Assembly: GCA_964016885.1 (NCBI GenBank)
Contig: OZ024752.1
Span: 28,644,001-28,708,000 of the forward strand
Direction: 5' to 3'
Source of the DNA: Eledone cirrhosa
Lineage: Eukaryota
Length of the DNA: 64,000 nucleotides
The notes under the pieces are model-generated. The model was not told the DNA's origin. It saw only the letters and a list, made by a program, of their open reading frames with translations, and ran no database searches. Shown piece by piece: positions 1 to 29,470 of this stretch. The translations under genes and the position numbers were made by a program. The first letter of the stretch is position 1. Every line of letters begins with the position of its first letter.

Positions 1-497
1 TCTTCGAAATAACACACAGGAAACAATAGATAAATATTCTCTAACTGAAATACAATAAAATATTCCTATTGTTTCAGAAAATCTTTTTTTTTTTTTTTTT
101 TTTTGTAAATTGCTAATATATATTTTATTTTCTGTATGGTTTGTTTATGCATTTTTTTTATATCTTTTTATAATCCTGTAAGGCCTTTTCAGAATTAGTG
201 TTGGGTGCCAACATTTTAACAAAGCTGTCCATTCCTGGTTTTGGCAGTCTTATGAAAAGATGTTTACGAAACCCCACCCGTGAAATTAGAAAATTGCTTT
301 TTAAAGACAGATTATTTTACTGCAAGCATTACAATTTTTATGTGTATATATCACCTTTGTTTTATTTATATTATTTATTTTTTCATTTATGTTCTCTTTT
401 GTTTATTTTTCTGATTTAATTTCGTTTTATTTTGTTGCTATGAATACCTCCAATTATGTGACAATACAGGTACAAAAGCAGTCAATAAGTACATGTA

Positions 498-522
498 ATG
501 ACATCGCTAAATAAGCTATAAA
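498..522 (+). promoter_or_regulatory. Candidate promoter: ARE-like ATGACATCGC followed by TATAAA
   Basis: Matches RTGACNNNGC at 498-507 and TATAAA at 517-522, about 320 nt upstream of the ATG; these are short motifs in AT-rich DNA. Confidence 0.3.
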
Positions 523-610
523 GAGAGTTTTAAGAGTAGTGGAAGGGGTGGGAACGAGATTACCCATTCAGGGTGGGGTGGGTGCAACGACTTGGTGTTG
601 TATGCGTGGC

Positions 611-671
<61 letters not shown>

Positions 672-834
672 TTATTTATTTATTTATTCATTTATTTATT
701 TATTTATATACATATATATATTCAAAGATTTAACATTTTCACCCAACATAGGAAATTGTTACACCAGAACGAAAACATCGCTCTCCACTGTTCCTACTGT
801 CTATTACAGATAAACATCTTAAACAACACCAACC

Positions 835-16313
<15,479 letters not shown>

Positions 16314-16482
16314 TGGAAAAACAAGATACACAACCTCCAGCAACCTCCCGCAATCTCTAGCAACCTCTAGCAACCTCTAGCAATTTCCAGCCTCCTCCAA
16401 TAGTTAATCTGCAAGTTATCAACTAATAGCTACAACCAGACATACAACATACACATATACGATGTAATATATATATACGATG

Positions 16483-16535
<53 letters not shown>

Positions 16536-16649
16536 CATACAAATATCATATATATATATATAAGTATGTATTTGTAAGCATATAAATTCTGCATACACAT
16601 AAATTTACATAATATAATGCTATATAGTAATATATCGTTTCTCACCATC

Positions 16650-16687
<38 letters not shown>

Positions 16688-17054
16688 AACGATTATGTAA
16701 CATCTGTCTTAACGATTATATATATATCCATTGATCGATACACACGCACGTATATTTATGTGCATGTGTGGGTATGCGTATATGCGTGTATGTGTGTGTG
16801 TGTGTGTGTATGTATATGCGTGCATGTGTGTGTATCTGGTTAGAGTAGAACAGAAGAACATACAGCTGTCTCACAAAGTACCTTACACTTGCGCATACAA
16901 ATTTTCCAATAAAACAACAAAAGCACAGCATTATTTGTTAGAATTCCAAAATTGAGTTTCCATTCGTCTTTATAACCATATCAATCAGGACAATGTAAAG
17001 AATTGTCTGGAAAGCTAATGCTTGGTTTTCTTTCTTATGAATGATTATTATGGA

Positions 17055-17060
17055 AATAAA
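17055..17060 (+). terminator. Candidate poly(A) signal of gene A (alternative at 16908-16913)
   Basis: AATAAA followed about 20 nt later by GT-rich GTGTCTGTCTCTTT. Confidence 0.45.
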
Positions 17061-17317
17061 CTTGTGTTAAACTGTCACTAAGTGTCTGTCTCTTTCGGAA
17101 ATAATGTTTTAAACTACTCAACTGACAGGGAGCAGACGTAGATGGAAATATATAAAGATAACGACAACAATGATGTTAATATTGATGGTAGTGATGGTGA
17201 TGTTAATGGTGGTGATTGTGATGATGATGGGGATGACTATTGTTATTATGATGTTGATGATGATGATGATGATGATGATTGTTATGATGATGATGATGAT
17301 TGTTATGTTGAAAATAA

Positions 17318-18072
17318 TAATTGTTTCTACTTTTGGCACAAGGCCATAGATTACCCAGTGCATTACTGGTACTTTATTTTATCGACCCCGTAAGGATGAA
17401 AGGTAAAGTTAACCTCGGCGGGATTTGAACTCAGATCATAAAGGGAGGTAACTCTATGCTACAAAGCATGGCGTCCGACCCTCTACCAATACTGCCAATC
17501 CAAATAATAATGGTGTAAAAATAGAAAACAGAATCAAAATGACAAGATAAAAAGATGTCATATTTTTAAAATATAATTCCGATTCACCATTAAAATTATG
17601 ATGATGATGATGTTGATGAACATGATGAATATGATGATGATGATGATGGTTGTTTCTACTTTAGGCACAAGGCCAGCAATTACCCAGTGCATTACTGGTA
17701 CTTTATTTTATCGACCCCCGTAAGGATGAAAGGCAAAGTTAACATCGGCGGGATTTGAACACAGAATGGCAAGGGCCGTAACTCTATGCGTGAAAGCATG
17801 GCGTCCGACCCTCTACCGATACTGCCAATCCACCACCCATAAATAAATAATAATGGTTTCTTATATAGGCACAAGGCCAGCAATTTGGTGGGGAGAAGAA
17901 AATCAATTAAATCGATCCCAGTGTGTGACTGGTACTTTATTTTATCGACCCCGTAAGGATGAAAGGTAAAGTTAACCTCGGCGGGATTTGAACTCAGAAT
18001 GGCAAGGGCCGTAACTCTATGCGTCAAAGCATGGCGTCCGGCCCTCTACCGATACTGCCAATTCACCGCCCT
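17318..18072 (-). mobile_element. Cluster of three family-A SINEs (17318-17481, 17649-17838, 17853-18072)
   Basis: Three same-strand copies within (GAT)n/(AAT)n-rich DNA. Confidence 0.85.
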
Positions 18073-18074
18073 TC

Positions 18075-18105
<31 letters not shown>

Positions 18106-18419
18106 GGGTTTCTACTTTAGGCACAAGGCCAGTAATTTTAGGGGAAGGGGAGAGTAACGTTTATGTGTATGTGCTACACATAGAAAGGAGCGTTATATGT
18201 TCCTGTCTACAATACAAGTGCTAGGCATAAGGTAACAGTCTGAGGATTACTGTGAGTAGATGGATAGTTCAATGTTCTGTTATTCAGATATCTTAATCTT
18301 TGAGGACATCAACTATGACAATCAACTATTAAAGGTCGTCAGCGGAACCATGCATGGTCCCGTAACTTCGGCGAGACACGTAGGAGCTCCGTAGTGACAT
18401 ACATCGTTTCTTAAACATG

Positions 18420-18690
18420 TTTAAACCCGGTGGAGCCCATCTCCTCTCCGGGTCTGAATACAGTACTTTTCTTCCAGAGAAGGATAGAGAGTGAGAGAAT
18501 AGAAATGAGAGATAGGTATAGAGGAGGAATCGACCCCAGTACTTGACTGTTACATTTTTATCGATCTCGAAAGGAAGATAAGCAAAGTTGACCTCGGTGG
18601 GATTTGAACTCAGAGAGTAATGAGCCAAAACATATACAGCAGAGTCTTCTATCCGAGATCCTAACGACTCTTCCAATTCGCCGCCAAACC
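18420..18690 (-). mobile_element. Longer related SINE (family B); similar copies near 6680, 46866, 50770, 55630, 57175, 57460, 57935
   Basis: Shares the head and central domain of family A but carries an extra GAAGAATCGACCCCAGTACT...TTCCAGAGAAGGATAGAG...GCCCATC segment. Confidence 0.7.
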
Positions 18691-20001
18691 ACTAATATCA
18701 ATATGGATATCAGCATACGATATATTTCCTCCTTATATATTTACAACCAAGTTGTCAGACCAGACCAATCAAAAGCAAAGGATTTAAATAAAGTCAGTCA
18801 TAAGATTGTACGTAACCTTTACATCCGGATAAACAATTTTATTTACCAATCTAACACGGTGATGTATTGAGTACTATAACGTTTTTTCTACCACAAAATA
18901 AACAAAGCATAGATGCGCACACATATATACACACATACACACACTACACACGCACATTTACACAAGTATTCACACATTCACACACAGGCATACATACATA
19001 TCTTTATATATATACTTCCAAAGAGAAGCAAAACACATACACCTACATTCGTTATTTCCTGTACAGCTTTACTCTAATCTCTACAATATAATTACATATA
19101 TTTTCCAGTTTATTATACTTACAAAACATTATCATTTAATGGTTATTCCTATCACGTATTATCTACTAATTTCTTCCATTTTCCAGCTTCTTTCTTCTTG
19201 TTTTTCTTATATATCTGATATAATTTGTCACAAGGTATTTCCTAGACTTTGAAAATGTCTTTCGTGTCCACCATTTTGAATATCTTTTGATATTTTTAGT
19301 ATTTGCGGTTTTTATATTATTATTTTAATCATGATATCATGTCGAAGTGATAAGAAAGAAATTAGGTTCGCTTGTTTTCTTGAGTCGTTTGGTATATGTT
19401 TTGTTTTTCCTTAATACGTGGTGGTAGTTTGTTAGAAGTATTAATCAATTATAGTAAGGAAATGAAGTTACATTTGATTACTTGTAAGTGAATATAGAGT
19501 TCAGCTGTGTATGAATACATTTACGAATAGATAATTGATATTCCTTGATAATGTATAATTGAAAATCAGACAACGACCATACAATTGAACATATAAAGAC
19601 ATACAAATATACAAAGTGACACACACGCGCGCATACACATACACACACATACACACATATGATCAGATATTTAACAGTCATTCAATAATACTCTTATAAT
19701 GACTAAAAAAAATCTCTTTTACTCTACAACTACCCGTGACACACTAAAGTTCTTTTCATAAAGCTTTTCGTTGTTTATCGAATAATCTCTGAATGTGTTG
19801 AAATATTCATTAACAATTGATATATTGTTATGGTTATACTCAAAAATTATGTAGTAAATAGATTTCTATAGGAATAGGGTCACTGCTAAACAGTTTATTA
19901 GCCTTTGTACGAAATTTTGAAGTTTCAATTTTTTAACTTGAGATAGGATTTCGTCTTTTAAAAGAAAAAAAGAACTAAAAATATTGTATATACATACATA
20001 T

Positions 20002-20055
<54 letters not shown>

Positions 20056-21975
20056 CAAAACGGTCGGAGCTCAGCCGTCGGGGTCCTAAATCTTTTCATA
20101 TATATATATATATATTCTACTTAAACGGGCCATACAGATATCATGGTACTTTTTTATTGATTTCAGCATGGCCTCTCTCTCAGACTGATAGTTTCTATAT
20201 TGGAATAAATAGTGCCAAAGAGTTTCTGGAGTCACTCCAAGAACATAAAGGTGAATATCTACGACCTGTTCTTGATAGAATCTAGTTCAAAGGTATATGT
20301 TCAGTTCGAAGCCAGCATAGTCTTTTTTTGCATTACTCAATGATCGATAAGTTTTGAATGTTGTCAAATATGATTGAGAAAGTGTGGGGGGGGGGGGGGG
20401 GCTGAAATTGTGAGCTTATTTCTGGATTCTTCCCAGATTGTTTCCCACCTTTGACTAATGATTTGTTTGCTAAATGATTTTACCTGCGAAAGATTTGTGA
20501 TGTAGTCTATATTTATTATTTCCCTTTGTGCTCCTTCTTTTGTTAATTCATCTGTTTTCCTATTTCCTCTAATATCTGTAAGGGCCGGTATCCAAATCCC
20601 TTTTATTTCGTTATTATTTTCGTTATTATTTTCTGGGAGGTAGTTATCTATTTTTAGCAGAGAGTTCTCAATATCTCTAACCCGACCCCTTTTTCTTGAC
20701 TAAAGCAGTTCTAGGTTCGATAGATTATCAGTAAATAGAAAACCATTTTTCCAGGACAATTCCTTACTAGCTATTTTATGGAAAAGTCCCAGGATTTTCA
20801 CTGGGCAACTAGAAATCGTGTGAACATATATTCATCTACACTTATTTCACCGAGACTCTGTCACATGTGATCGACCATTTCTTTCAGAAATCACATTCAA
20901 ATTATTTGTCATATCTATTGAAAGATGTGTGTAGTAAATGAGTGTTAGTAAGTTATTTACGAATCTGACAAATGGATTATTTTCTTCTTACGATATGAGC
21001 ATACTATCTCAGGATTTTCATGTTGGTTAAATATATGGGAACTACACTTCAGTGTTTGACGTATTCGTATTTGTTTGTAATGTAGTCTATATCTATTACA
21101 TCCCTTTGTGCTCCTTATTTTGCTAATTCATCTGCTTTTCTATTTCCTCTAATATCTGTATGGCCCGGTCTCCAAATCACTGTTATTTCTTTATGATTTT
21201 CTGAATTACTACAGTGAAACGAAAATGAGATATTCGTATGAAGGAAGTCATTATGAAGGAATTGGATATTTTCTAAGTTTTCTAATTTAGCATTTATAGA
21301 AGATACAGAGTTTTAACAAGACGAAGTAGTTTGTCAATTTGGTTTCAGATTTAGGCAATTACTAAATGAAACATTCGTAGAAGATGCAGAGAAAATGGTT
21401 TTACGATCACTCTATTTAGGTTCGTTAGATTTCTTTACATCGCAACATAGGAAATCTACTGATCATTCTAATAAAGCTAGTTCTAGAGAAACACTTGTGG
21501 CTTAAGATAACTACTTAGATTCAATATATAACTGAGGGTTAACTGAACAATGTATTTCTAAAATTCCAGAATTGCGTCAAGGTCTATATTCGTAAATGCC
21601 AACAATAAATCTATTTTAGAATATAGGAAGTTCTTCCACTTATGGTCACTTATGATTTTCACAGATTAATTTTAGGATATTATAGAACTAAAACTGTATA
21701 AATTGCACAAAGTCAATATAAGGATGACCATGCATATACATACATACTTACATACATAAACACAAACATACACGCACACACACAAACACATACGCAAGCA
21801 CAAACACATGCACACACACAAATGCATACAAACACACACAAGCACGTACAAACAGATAGATTGTATTATTGACGGACGTAGAGTTTTAATAGTTATATAT
21901 TATGGTTACACAGAAGTTTCACCTGCTCATTCACAGGATCATCAGATAATTAATTAGCCATACTAAGTGAATATA

Positions 21976-22622
21976 TAATTGTTTCTACTTTTGGCAGAGG
22001 CCAGCAATTATCCCAGTACATTACTGGTACTTTATTTTATCGACCCCGTAAGGATGAAAGGCAAAGTAAACATCGGCGGGATTTGAACTCATACCATAAA
22101 GGGACGTCACTCTATGCTGCAAAGCATGATGTCCGACCCACCACTGATACTGCCAATCCACCACCCTCACTAAGGGAATATATAATAATAGCTTTTTTGG
22201 CTTTATTATATAGAAACTATGTAATATGGCAGCTGCGGCTTGATAACCTCTGTGTCCCCCATTAGGTGACTAATACGGTCCAGTTACGTATGCCGAGTTT
22301 GGGAAGATGGGACGCCCGCGTTTGATTTGCCGAAATTGGCGGGTGAATACAGTTTGGATTGGCAGGAGCCATGAGTACAGGATGGCGTTCGGTTGAGGGC
22401 GGTTGCTGTGGAAGCAATAGCAGTCTTAATGACATTATATGGTGGATTGGCAGTATCGGTAGAGCACCGGAAACCATGGTTTGTAGCATAGAGCTATGGC
22501 CCTTTACGTTTTGAGTGAAATCCCGCCGAGGTTAATTTTGCCTTTCATCCTTACGGGGTCGATAAAATAAAGTACCAGTAATGCACTGGGTTAATTGCTG
22601 GGTTTGTGCCAAAAGTAGAAAC

Positions 22623-22627
<5 letters not shown>
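21976..22627. mobile_element. Inverted pair of family-A SINEs (21976-22166 minus, 22441-22627 plus)
   Basis: Two full copies in opposite orientation about 275 bp apart. Confidence 0.85.
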
Positions 22628-22683
<56 letters not shown>

Positions 22684-22797
22684 AACAAGCATGACCCCGT
22701 CGGGGTCATATTTGTTCCTATTACCCACTTTACTACCCTAAGTATTGAGTACTTTGGTGCGTTATGGTCCATCTGGTTCCTTACCACAATTCCTTCG

Positions 22798-22862
<65 letters not shown>

Positions 22863-22956
22863 CGCACATATGGCTGGTGGGCTGATAAACTCATGCATTT
22901 TCTCTTCTCTCTCGTTTCTGTCTTACTCTGTTGTTTTTCCTTGGTGACTTATCTCG

Positions 22957-23045
<89 letters not shown>

Positions 23046-24268
23046 GTCGTAAAGTTTGCTTGAAGCATTGTGAAATGTGTAAAATATGTAGTTTAGAAAG
23101 CCACAACAATGCAGATAGGAAATCTTGAGGTAAGAAGTGTTTTGTTTTGTTTTCATTTTCGTTTCTCTCAATTTTTACTTTTCTCCTATTTCTCACTCAC
23201 TTCTTACCTCGAGATTTCCCATCTGCATTGTTGTGGCTTTCTAAACTACATATTTTATATATATATATATATAAATCAAGAAAGAACAGTGACATGGTTT
23301 GCTATACAATAAGGGCTTTATTCACATTGCTGACAATTGTTTCTCTTAACTGGTAGGTCTAGAGATCGCTACCCGCCTGTTTTTGCGTCAATCGATCACC
23401 AATACTTTGTTATACAGTCTATTCATCAGAGCATTCGAGAATGAAGGATATACACAGGCATGTGGCATTAAATTAGAACAATAATAACAATACTCAAATA
23501 AATTATCTAGATGGTAAATAGTTAAAACAATCACAACATCAATCTAAGTAAGAAATAGAGTATACTGATGACTTTAGCATGTAAAACGAACTGATACGAA
23601 ACAGATGTATGAAATTGACATGTGAACGCTGTCATGGGGTATATTATATATAGTGTAGAGATAACCTGGACCATTTACTTTACTGTAGGTTTGCTGACCG
23701 TAAGATGTATTTATTATCTGACAGATAAAATATTTTCATTGTAGTGAGGATGGTAATTTTGATGTGGTGTAAAGTGGATTCATTATTTAAGTGGTCTATA
23801 TTACATGTAGGGATTGTTAGTTCGAATCATGGGGGTTGTTTAGCTTTCACAGCATCAATAACAAATCATGCATGAATAAGACAACAATAACAACAATATA
23901 GGCAATAAGGTAATACAGAGGTTAAAAAAGCAAGGTGTATATAGAGAACATGATGAATACTATTACGGATACATTGGGGTGTTCATTATAACAACAGGAG
24001 GAAGGTGATATTTCAAGGACTGTGGTAGTAGTAAATAATATACTTAGAATTAAGTTCATCTGTTGAAAATCATGAGTGCTAATGTGAGGAGGTGGTGATG
24101 AGAGCAGCCGAGAAGAGATATATTTATGGGTTGATATGATATTTGCAGACATTACTGTGGTATAGAATTAAGGAGGCTAGAAGCTGTTTAAAGAATATTA
24201 TAGTTCTGTGGTGGTCTGCGTGAGAGTGCGGATTTCATATGTTGAATGCTAAGTTATGTTGGTTCGAA

Positions 24269-24500
24269 TCACGGTGGCTTAAATCTTGTGAATTTAGTAG
24301 CGATCCTGTGTCTGCAGAAAATTGACCTTTCTATTTTGTTGTTGAGTATCCTTTTATCGTTCCTAAGGGTATACAGTAATTCAAGATCGCGGAGCCTACA
24401 ATAGGACATACCGGTACTATATGCTCTTGCGGCCGACAACCTCGACCAGTTGATATTGTAGTCGATGTTATTGTCCTTAAGTTCCCAGAATACTAAATTG
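24269..24500 (-). mobile_element. Penelope-like element, C-terminal endonuclease tail (family 1)
   Basis: Open frame FWELKDNNIDYNINWSRLSAARAYSTGMSYCRLRDLELLYTLRNDKRILNNKIERSIFCRHRIATKFTRFKPP*. Confidence 0.75.
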
Positions 24501-24522
24501 CGTGCGAGAGATGTAAGGGTGC

Positions 24523-24762
24523 TTACATCTCGTATGGTCCCTCAAGGACTCAAGTATAGACTACTCCATTCAATGGAAAGCCATCACTAAGTCCAAGCCA
24601 TACGCAAGGGGCAATCCGTCGTGTGGACTGTGTATTGATAAACGAATAAATATTCTAAAGAGATTACGCAATAATGATTGCCTAAACACGAGGAATGAAT
24701 TCTTCACACGTTGTCCACACGTCTGGAAACACCTTTTACATAACTACAAAGCTCCGGATTGA
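24523..24762 (+). mobile_element. Penelope-like element, C-terminal endonuclease tail (family 2)
   Basis: Open frame VWSLKDSSIDYSIQWKAITKSKPYARGNPSCGLCIDKRINILKRLRNNDCLNTRNEFFTRCPHVWKHLLHNYKAPD*, with the W.LK..Y.I.W / C.LC / LN.R.E..C.H pattern of invertebrate PLE GIY-YIG C-termini. Confidence 0.8.
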
Positions 24763-24929
24763 ATTACAACAACATCCTAATTTTCTTATCAACTAGAAAC
24801 TTTCGGACTTTCGCAGTTATCTCCCTTACACCTCTCGCATGTAATTTAGTATTGCCTGTGTGAAGTGATCGTTTCTGCGCATGCGCGTTCGATGGTTGTC
24901 CTTCCTGTTCCGTACAACCATGTCCATTA

Positions 24930-24967
24930 CGAGCTGAGGATCCGCTAAGGTGAAACAATTGTTCTCG
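24930..24967 (+). ncRNA. Minimal hammerhead motif downstream of the PLE ORF remnant
   Basis: CGAG-CTGAGGA-TCC(gctaa)GGT-GAAAC-AATT-GTT-CTCG; palindromic stem III ACAATTGT. Confidence 0.7.
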
Positions 24968-25663
24968 GTATAGTGAACTAATTGTTGTGTAACCACTTCT
25001 ACCTAACTCGTCCCATGAGTGAGGCTCTACCACTACAGATATTACCTTCCAGTATTCTACCACTATATATATATGTGTGTGTGTGTATGTGTGTGTGTGT
25101 GTTCCAAGTATTAACATATGTTTCCTTGCTTAGTATGTAATCTATTTTCACAATAACATGTAAATAGCGGCCTTTAAGACACAGTCGATTACATACTTTT
25201 GCAATGAAACATATGTTAATACTTGGAAATAAAACATTATTGTATAGCTTATCCGTTGTTAATCATCATTCATTCGTTATTTATATTCCAGGAACTACTT
25301 ACTTCGGAACTGTGTATATATATACAAAAGAATAACATTAAGAAAGATGCTGATATTACATAAATCGTTTATTCATAATAATTATTTTGCACTTCGCTCC
25401 ACAAAATGTAAACACGACGGCTGGGAACGTTCCTTTTGGAACGTATATGTCTACCTGGCGCACGAACAGGAAGGACGAGTTTTTATTTTGCCTGCAACAT
25501 ATCACGAAATCGCATTTTTCATCTGAGGATACCGTTTTCGCAAACAACAAATGCATGAATTACATCCTTTGATTACATGAGAGAACGGTTGAAATGATTA
25601 TTATGAATAAATGATTCATGTAACATCAGCATCTTTGTTAATGGTATTCTTATACTGAATCTC

Positions 25664-25849
25664 GGTGGATTGGCAGTATCAGTAGAGGGTCTGACGTCAT
25701 GCTTTGCAGCAAAGAGTTACGGCCCTTTATGGTCTGAGTTCAAATCCCGCCGAGGTTAACTTTGCCTTTCATCCTTACGGGGTCGATAAAATAAAGTACC
25801 AGTAATACACTGGGTAATTGCTGCCTTGTGCCAAAAGTAGAAACAATTA
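25664..25849 (+). mobile_element. SINE family A with apparent target-site duplication
   Basis: Full copy flanked on both sides by TATACTGAATCTC. Confidence 0.88.
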
Positions 25850-25935
25850 TATACTGAATCTCCATCGTAACTACAAACTACTAATGTAGAGACATTTCTC
25901 CTTTTTGCTCCTATTTTTAACAAAACATTCTCTAC

Positions 25936-26063
<128 letters not shown>

Positions 26064-26165
26064 TGTTATATTTAGTGTACTTTGCAATACACTGTATGGC
26101 TTAATTAAAAGCATTTTGAAGACCTTACGCTATTGTTTAACTTGTGTGTTACACCTCTATTCTTT

Positions 26166-26216
<51 letters not shown>

Positions 26217-26254
26217 ATATATATATATATTATATTATATATATATATATATAG

Positions 26255-26305
<51 letters not shown>

Positions 26306-26317
26306 TATATATATATA

Positions 26318-26391
<74 letters not shown>

Positions 26392-26412
26392 ATTATATAT
26401 ATATATATATAT

Positions 26413-26586
<174 letters not shown>

Positions 26587-26603
26587 ATATATATAGTATA
26601 TAG

Positions 26604-26670
<67 letters not shown>

Positions 26671-26856
26671 ATATAGTATATATAATATATATATATAGTT
26701 AGAATTGGTGCTCTGAAATAGCGATATATATATGAATGTATATACAGTGTATTTTGCAATACACTGTATGCTTAATTAAAAGCATTTGAAGACCTTACGC
26801 TATTGTTTTAAAGTAGTGACTGTCACTTACTTCCTTTTTCAACAAACAAAGGGAGA

Positions 26857-26904
26857 TAAACTGACAGATCTCTGTTTCATACTGTTGGTATTCCTCAGAG
26901 CTTA
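26857..26904 (-). ncRNA. Type I hammerhead ribozyme, fully paired
   Basis: TAAGCT-CTGAGGA-ATAC(caaca)GTAT-GAAACAG(agat)CTGTC-AGTTTA; all three stems pair, GUC triplet. Confidence 0.85.
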
Positions 26905-27243
26905 GCACTCCCTTGTTTGTTGAAAATTATGAATGTTGGATTCTTATAGAATTCCAGTAATAATCAGAAACTGATTATACAGAGCGGTTTGCCGGTCCAG
27001 CAAAAATTGAAAATTAGAATTGATGCTTAATTAAAAGCATTTTGAAGACCTTACGCTATTGTTTTTAATTAAGCATACGATGTATTGCAAATACACTGTA
27101 TATACATTCATATATACATCGTTATTTCAGAGCATCAATTCTAATTTTCAATTTTTGCTGGACCGGCAACCGCTCTGTATAATCAGTTCCTGGAATTCTA
27201 TAGAATCCAACATTCATAATTTTCAACAAAACAAGGGGAGTGC

Positions 27244-27291
27244 TAAGCTCTGAGGAATACCAACAATATGAAACAGAGATCAGTCAGCTTA
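27244..27291 (+). ncRNA. Type I hammerhead ribozyme, mirror copy
   Basis: TAAGCT-CTGAGGA-ATA..TAT-GAAAC...GTC-AGCTTA; perfect 6-bp stem I, one mismatch each in stems II and III. Confidence 0.75.
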
Positions 27292-27469
27292 TCTCCCTTT
27301 GTTTGTTGAAAAAAGAAGTAAGTGACAGTCACTACTTTAAAACAATAGCGTAAGGTCTTCAAAATGCTTTTAATTAAGCATACAGTGTATTGCAAAATAC
27401 ACTGTATATACATTCATATATATATCGCTATTTCAGAGCACCAATTCTAACTATATATATATATATATA

Positions 27470-27581
<112 letters not shown>

Positions 27582-27598
27582 ATATATATATATAATAT

Positions 27599-27649
<51 letters not shown>

Positions 27650-27676
27650 ATATATATATATATATTATATAATATA

Positions 27677-27707
<31 letters not shown>

Positions 27708-27817
27708 TATATATATAATATATAAATATATATATATATAATATATATATATATATAAATATATAATATATATATATATATAATATATATATATATAATA
27801 TATATATATATATATAA

Positions 27818-27906
<89 letters not shown>

Positions 27907-27948
27907 TAGTTTAAAAGAATAGAGGTGTAACACACAAGTTATTATATA

Positions 27949-28441
27949 TTGGTAAACGGAATAGAAAATGCTGACAAATTGTTCACAGTTGAAAATGGTT
28001 TAATTAGGAATAAAAGAGTATTAGTGATTGTATGGGTTAGTATTCAGTTGTGGTTTTAAGTTTTTAAGTTTTTACCGGTTGCGCATTTCTAAATCCTTTT
28101 CTAAAATAATTTTGAGATAGAGTGTCCGTGCTGTTTGCTCTGATCTGATTAGTTTTGGGAATTCTACCAGTTTTTATGTTAAAAAAAGTGGCTCCAGCGT
28201 TATTTTTGTGTTGCAAAAATGCTTGTGGTCAAAACAATTTTGATTGGTCGGTAGAGGTCATGTGAATGTAAAAAGTTGATTTTGCGCCAAAACTGTTTTT
28301 ATGTTAAAAAAGTGGCTCCAGCAAAAATTCTTTGTCAAAACAATTTTGATTGGTCGGTAGAGGTCATGTGGATAAAAAATTGGTTTTGCGCCAAGATTGA
28401 GAAATGACTCTTTCACAACAAATATGTGTGTGTGTGTGTGT

Positions 28442-28505
<64 letters not shown>

Positions 28506-28965
28506 AGTGTGTGTGTGTGTGTGTGTGTGTGTAGCAGAGTAATTCGATGGTCAGTAAGAATGTGTCTGAAAGCAATGGGGGGTATTTTAGCTGAAAGCAT
28601 GGGGGGTATTTTTAACATAAAAACAGTCTTGGCGCAAAATCAACTTTTTACATTCACATGACCTCTACCAACCAATCAAATTGTTTTGACCACAAGCATT
28701 TTTGCAACACAAAAATAACGCTGGAGCCACTTTTTAACATAAAAACAGGTAGAATTCCCAAAACTAATCAGATCAGAGCAAACAGCACGGACACTCTATC
28801 TCAAAATTATTTTTGAAAAGCATTTAGAAATGCGCAACCGGTAAAAACTTAAAAACTTAAACCACAACTGAATACTAACCCATACAATCACTAATACTCT
28901 TTTATTCCTAATTAAACCATTTTTCAACTGTGAACAAAATTTGTCAGCATTTTCTATTCCGTTTA

Positions 28966-28969
<4 letters not shown>
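27949..28969. mobile_element. Foldback/MITE-like element with ~360-bp terminal inverted repeats
   Basis: TTGGTAAACGGAATAGAAAATGC...GCATTTTCTATTCCGTTTACCAA; arms about 27949-28311 and 28608-28969; TA on both sides; (GT)n in the spacer; no ORF. Confidence 0.85.
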
Positions 28970-29011
<42 letters not shown>

Positions 29012-29392
29012 TTAACATATACATAAAGTTATAGATATATACATGTTGCAACTAGTCACTTTTAAGCTCTATGAAGAATTAATAAATTAAAAAATCAGAG
29101 CATTATATCATAGATCATGTCTTTAGAATCATCAGATAATAAAATATATACTATTTCTTCTTCTAGTTAGCATAACTAACCATATAAAAAATCAATCAGA
29201 ACAAGCTATAAGAGTAAATGCTCTTATGGGGAAATCTCCGACAAATAACCGAACGTAGCCTCTTCGCGGCGGCCTCAATCGAGTATTTATCCAACATTTC
29301 GACAGCATGTAGAAAGTGACTAAATATACCATCAACCATACACAATTAGGTGTAAAATTTAACTTAGAAGAAATGCGCACATACCGTAATTA

Positions 29393-29470
29393 TATCTCTA
29401 CCATGGTTTCTTCCTTATTTTAGACATCCAAATAATAGGAATGTCCTGAGTTAGGATTCATCAGGAGACA
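29393..29470 (-). ncRNA. Hammerhead motif with extended stem II
   Basis: TGTCTC-CTGATGA-aTCCT...GACATTC/GGATGTC...AGGAa-GAAAC-CATG-GTA-GAGATA; palindromic stem III ACCATGGT; the 3' half recurs 279 bp away at 29672-29700. Confidence 0.7.

Noticed and set aside
20168-20292. Possible exon after a TTTCAG acceptor (WPLSQTDSFYIG...)
   Set aside because: In-frame stop before the likely donor, no recognisable homology, no partner exons.
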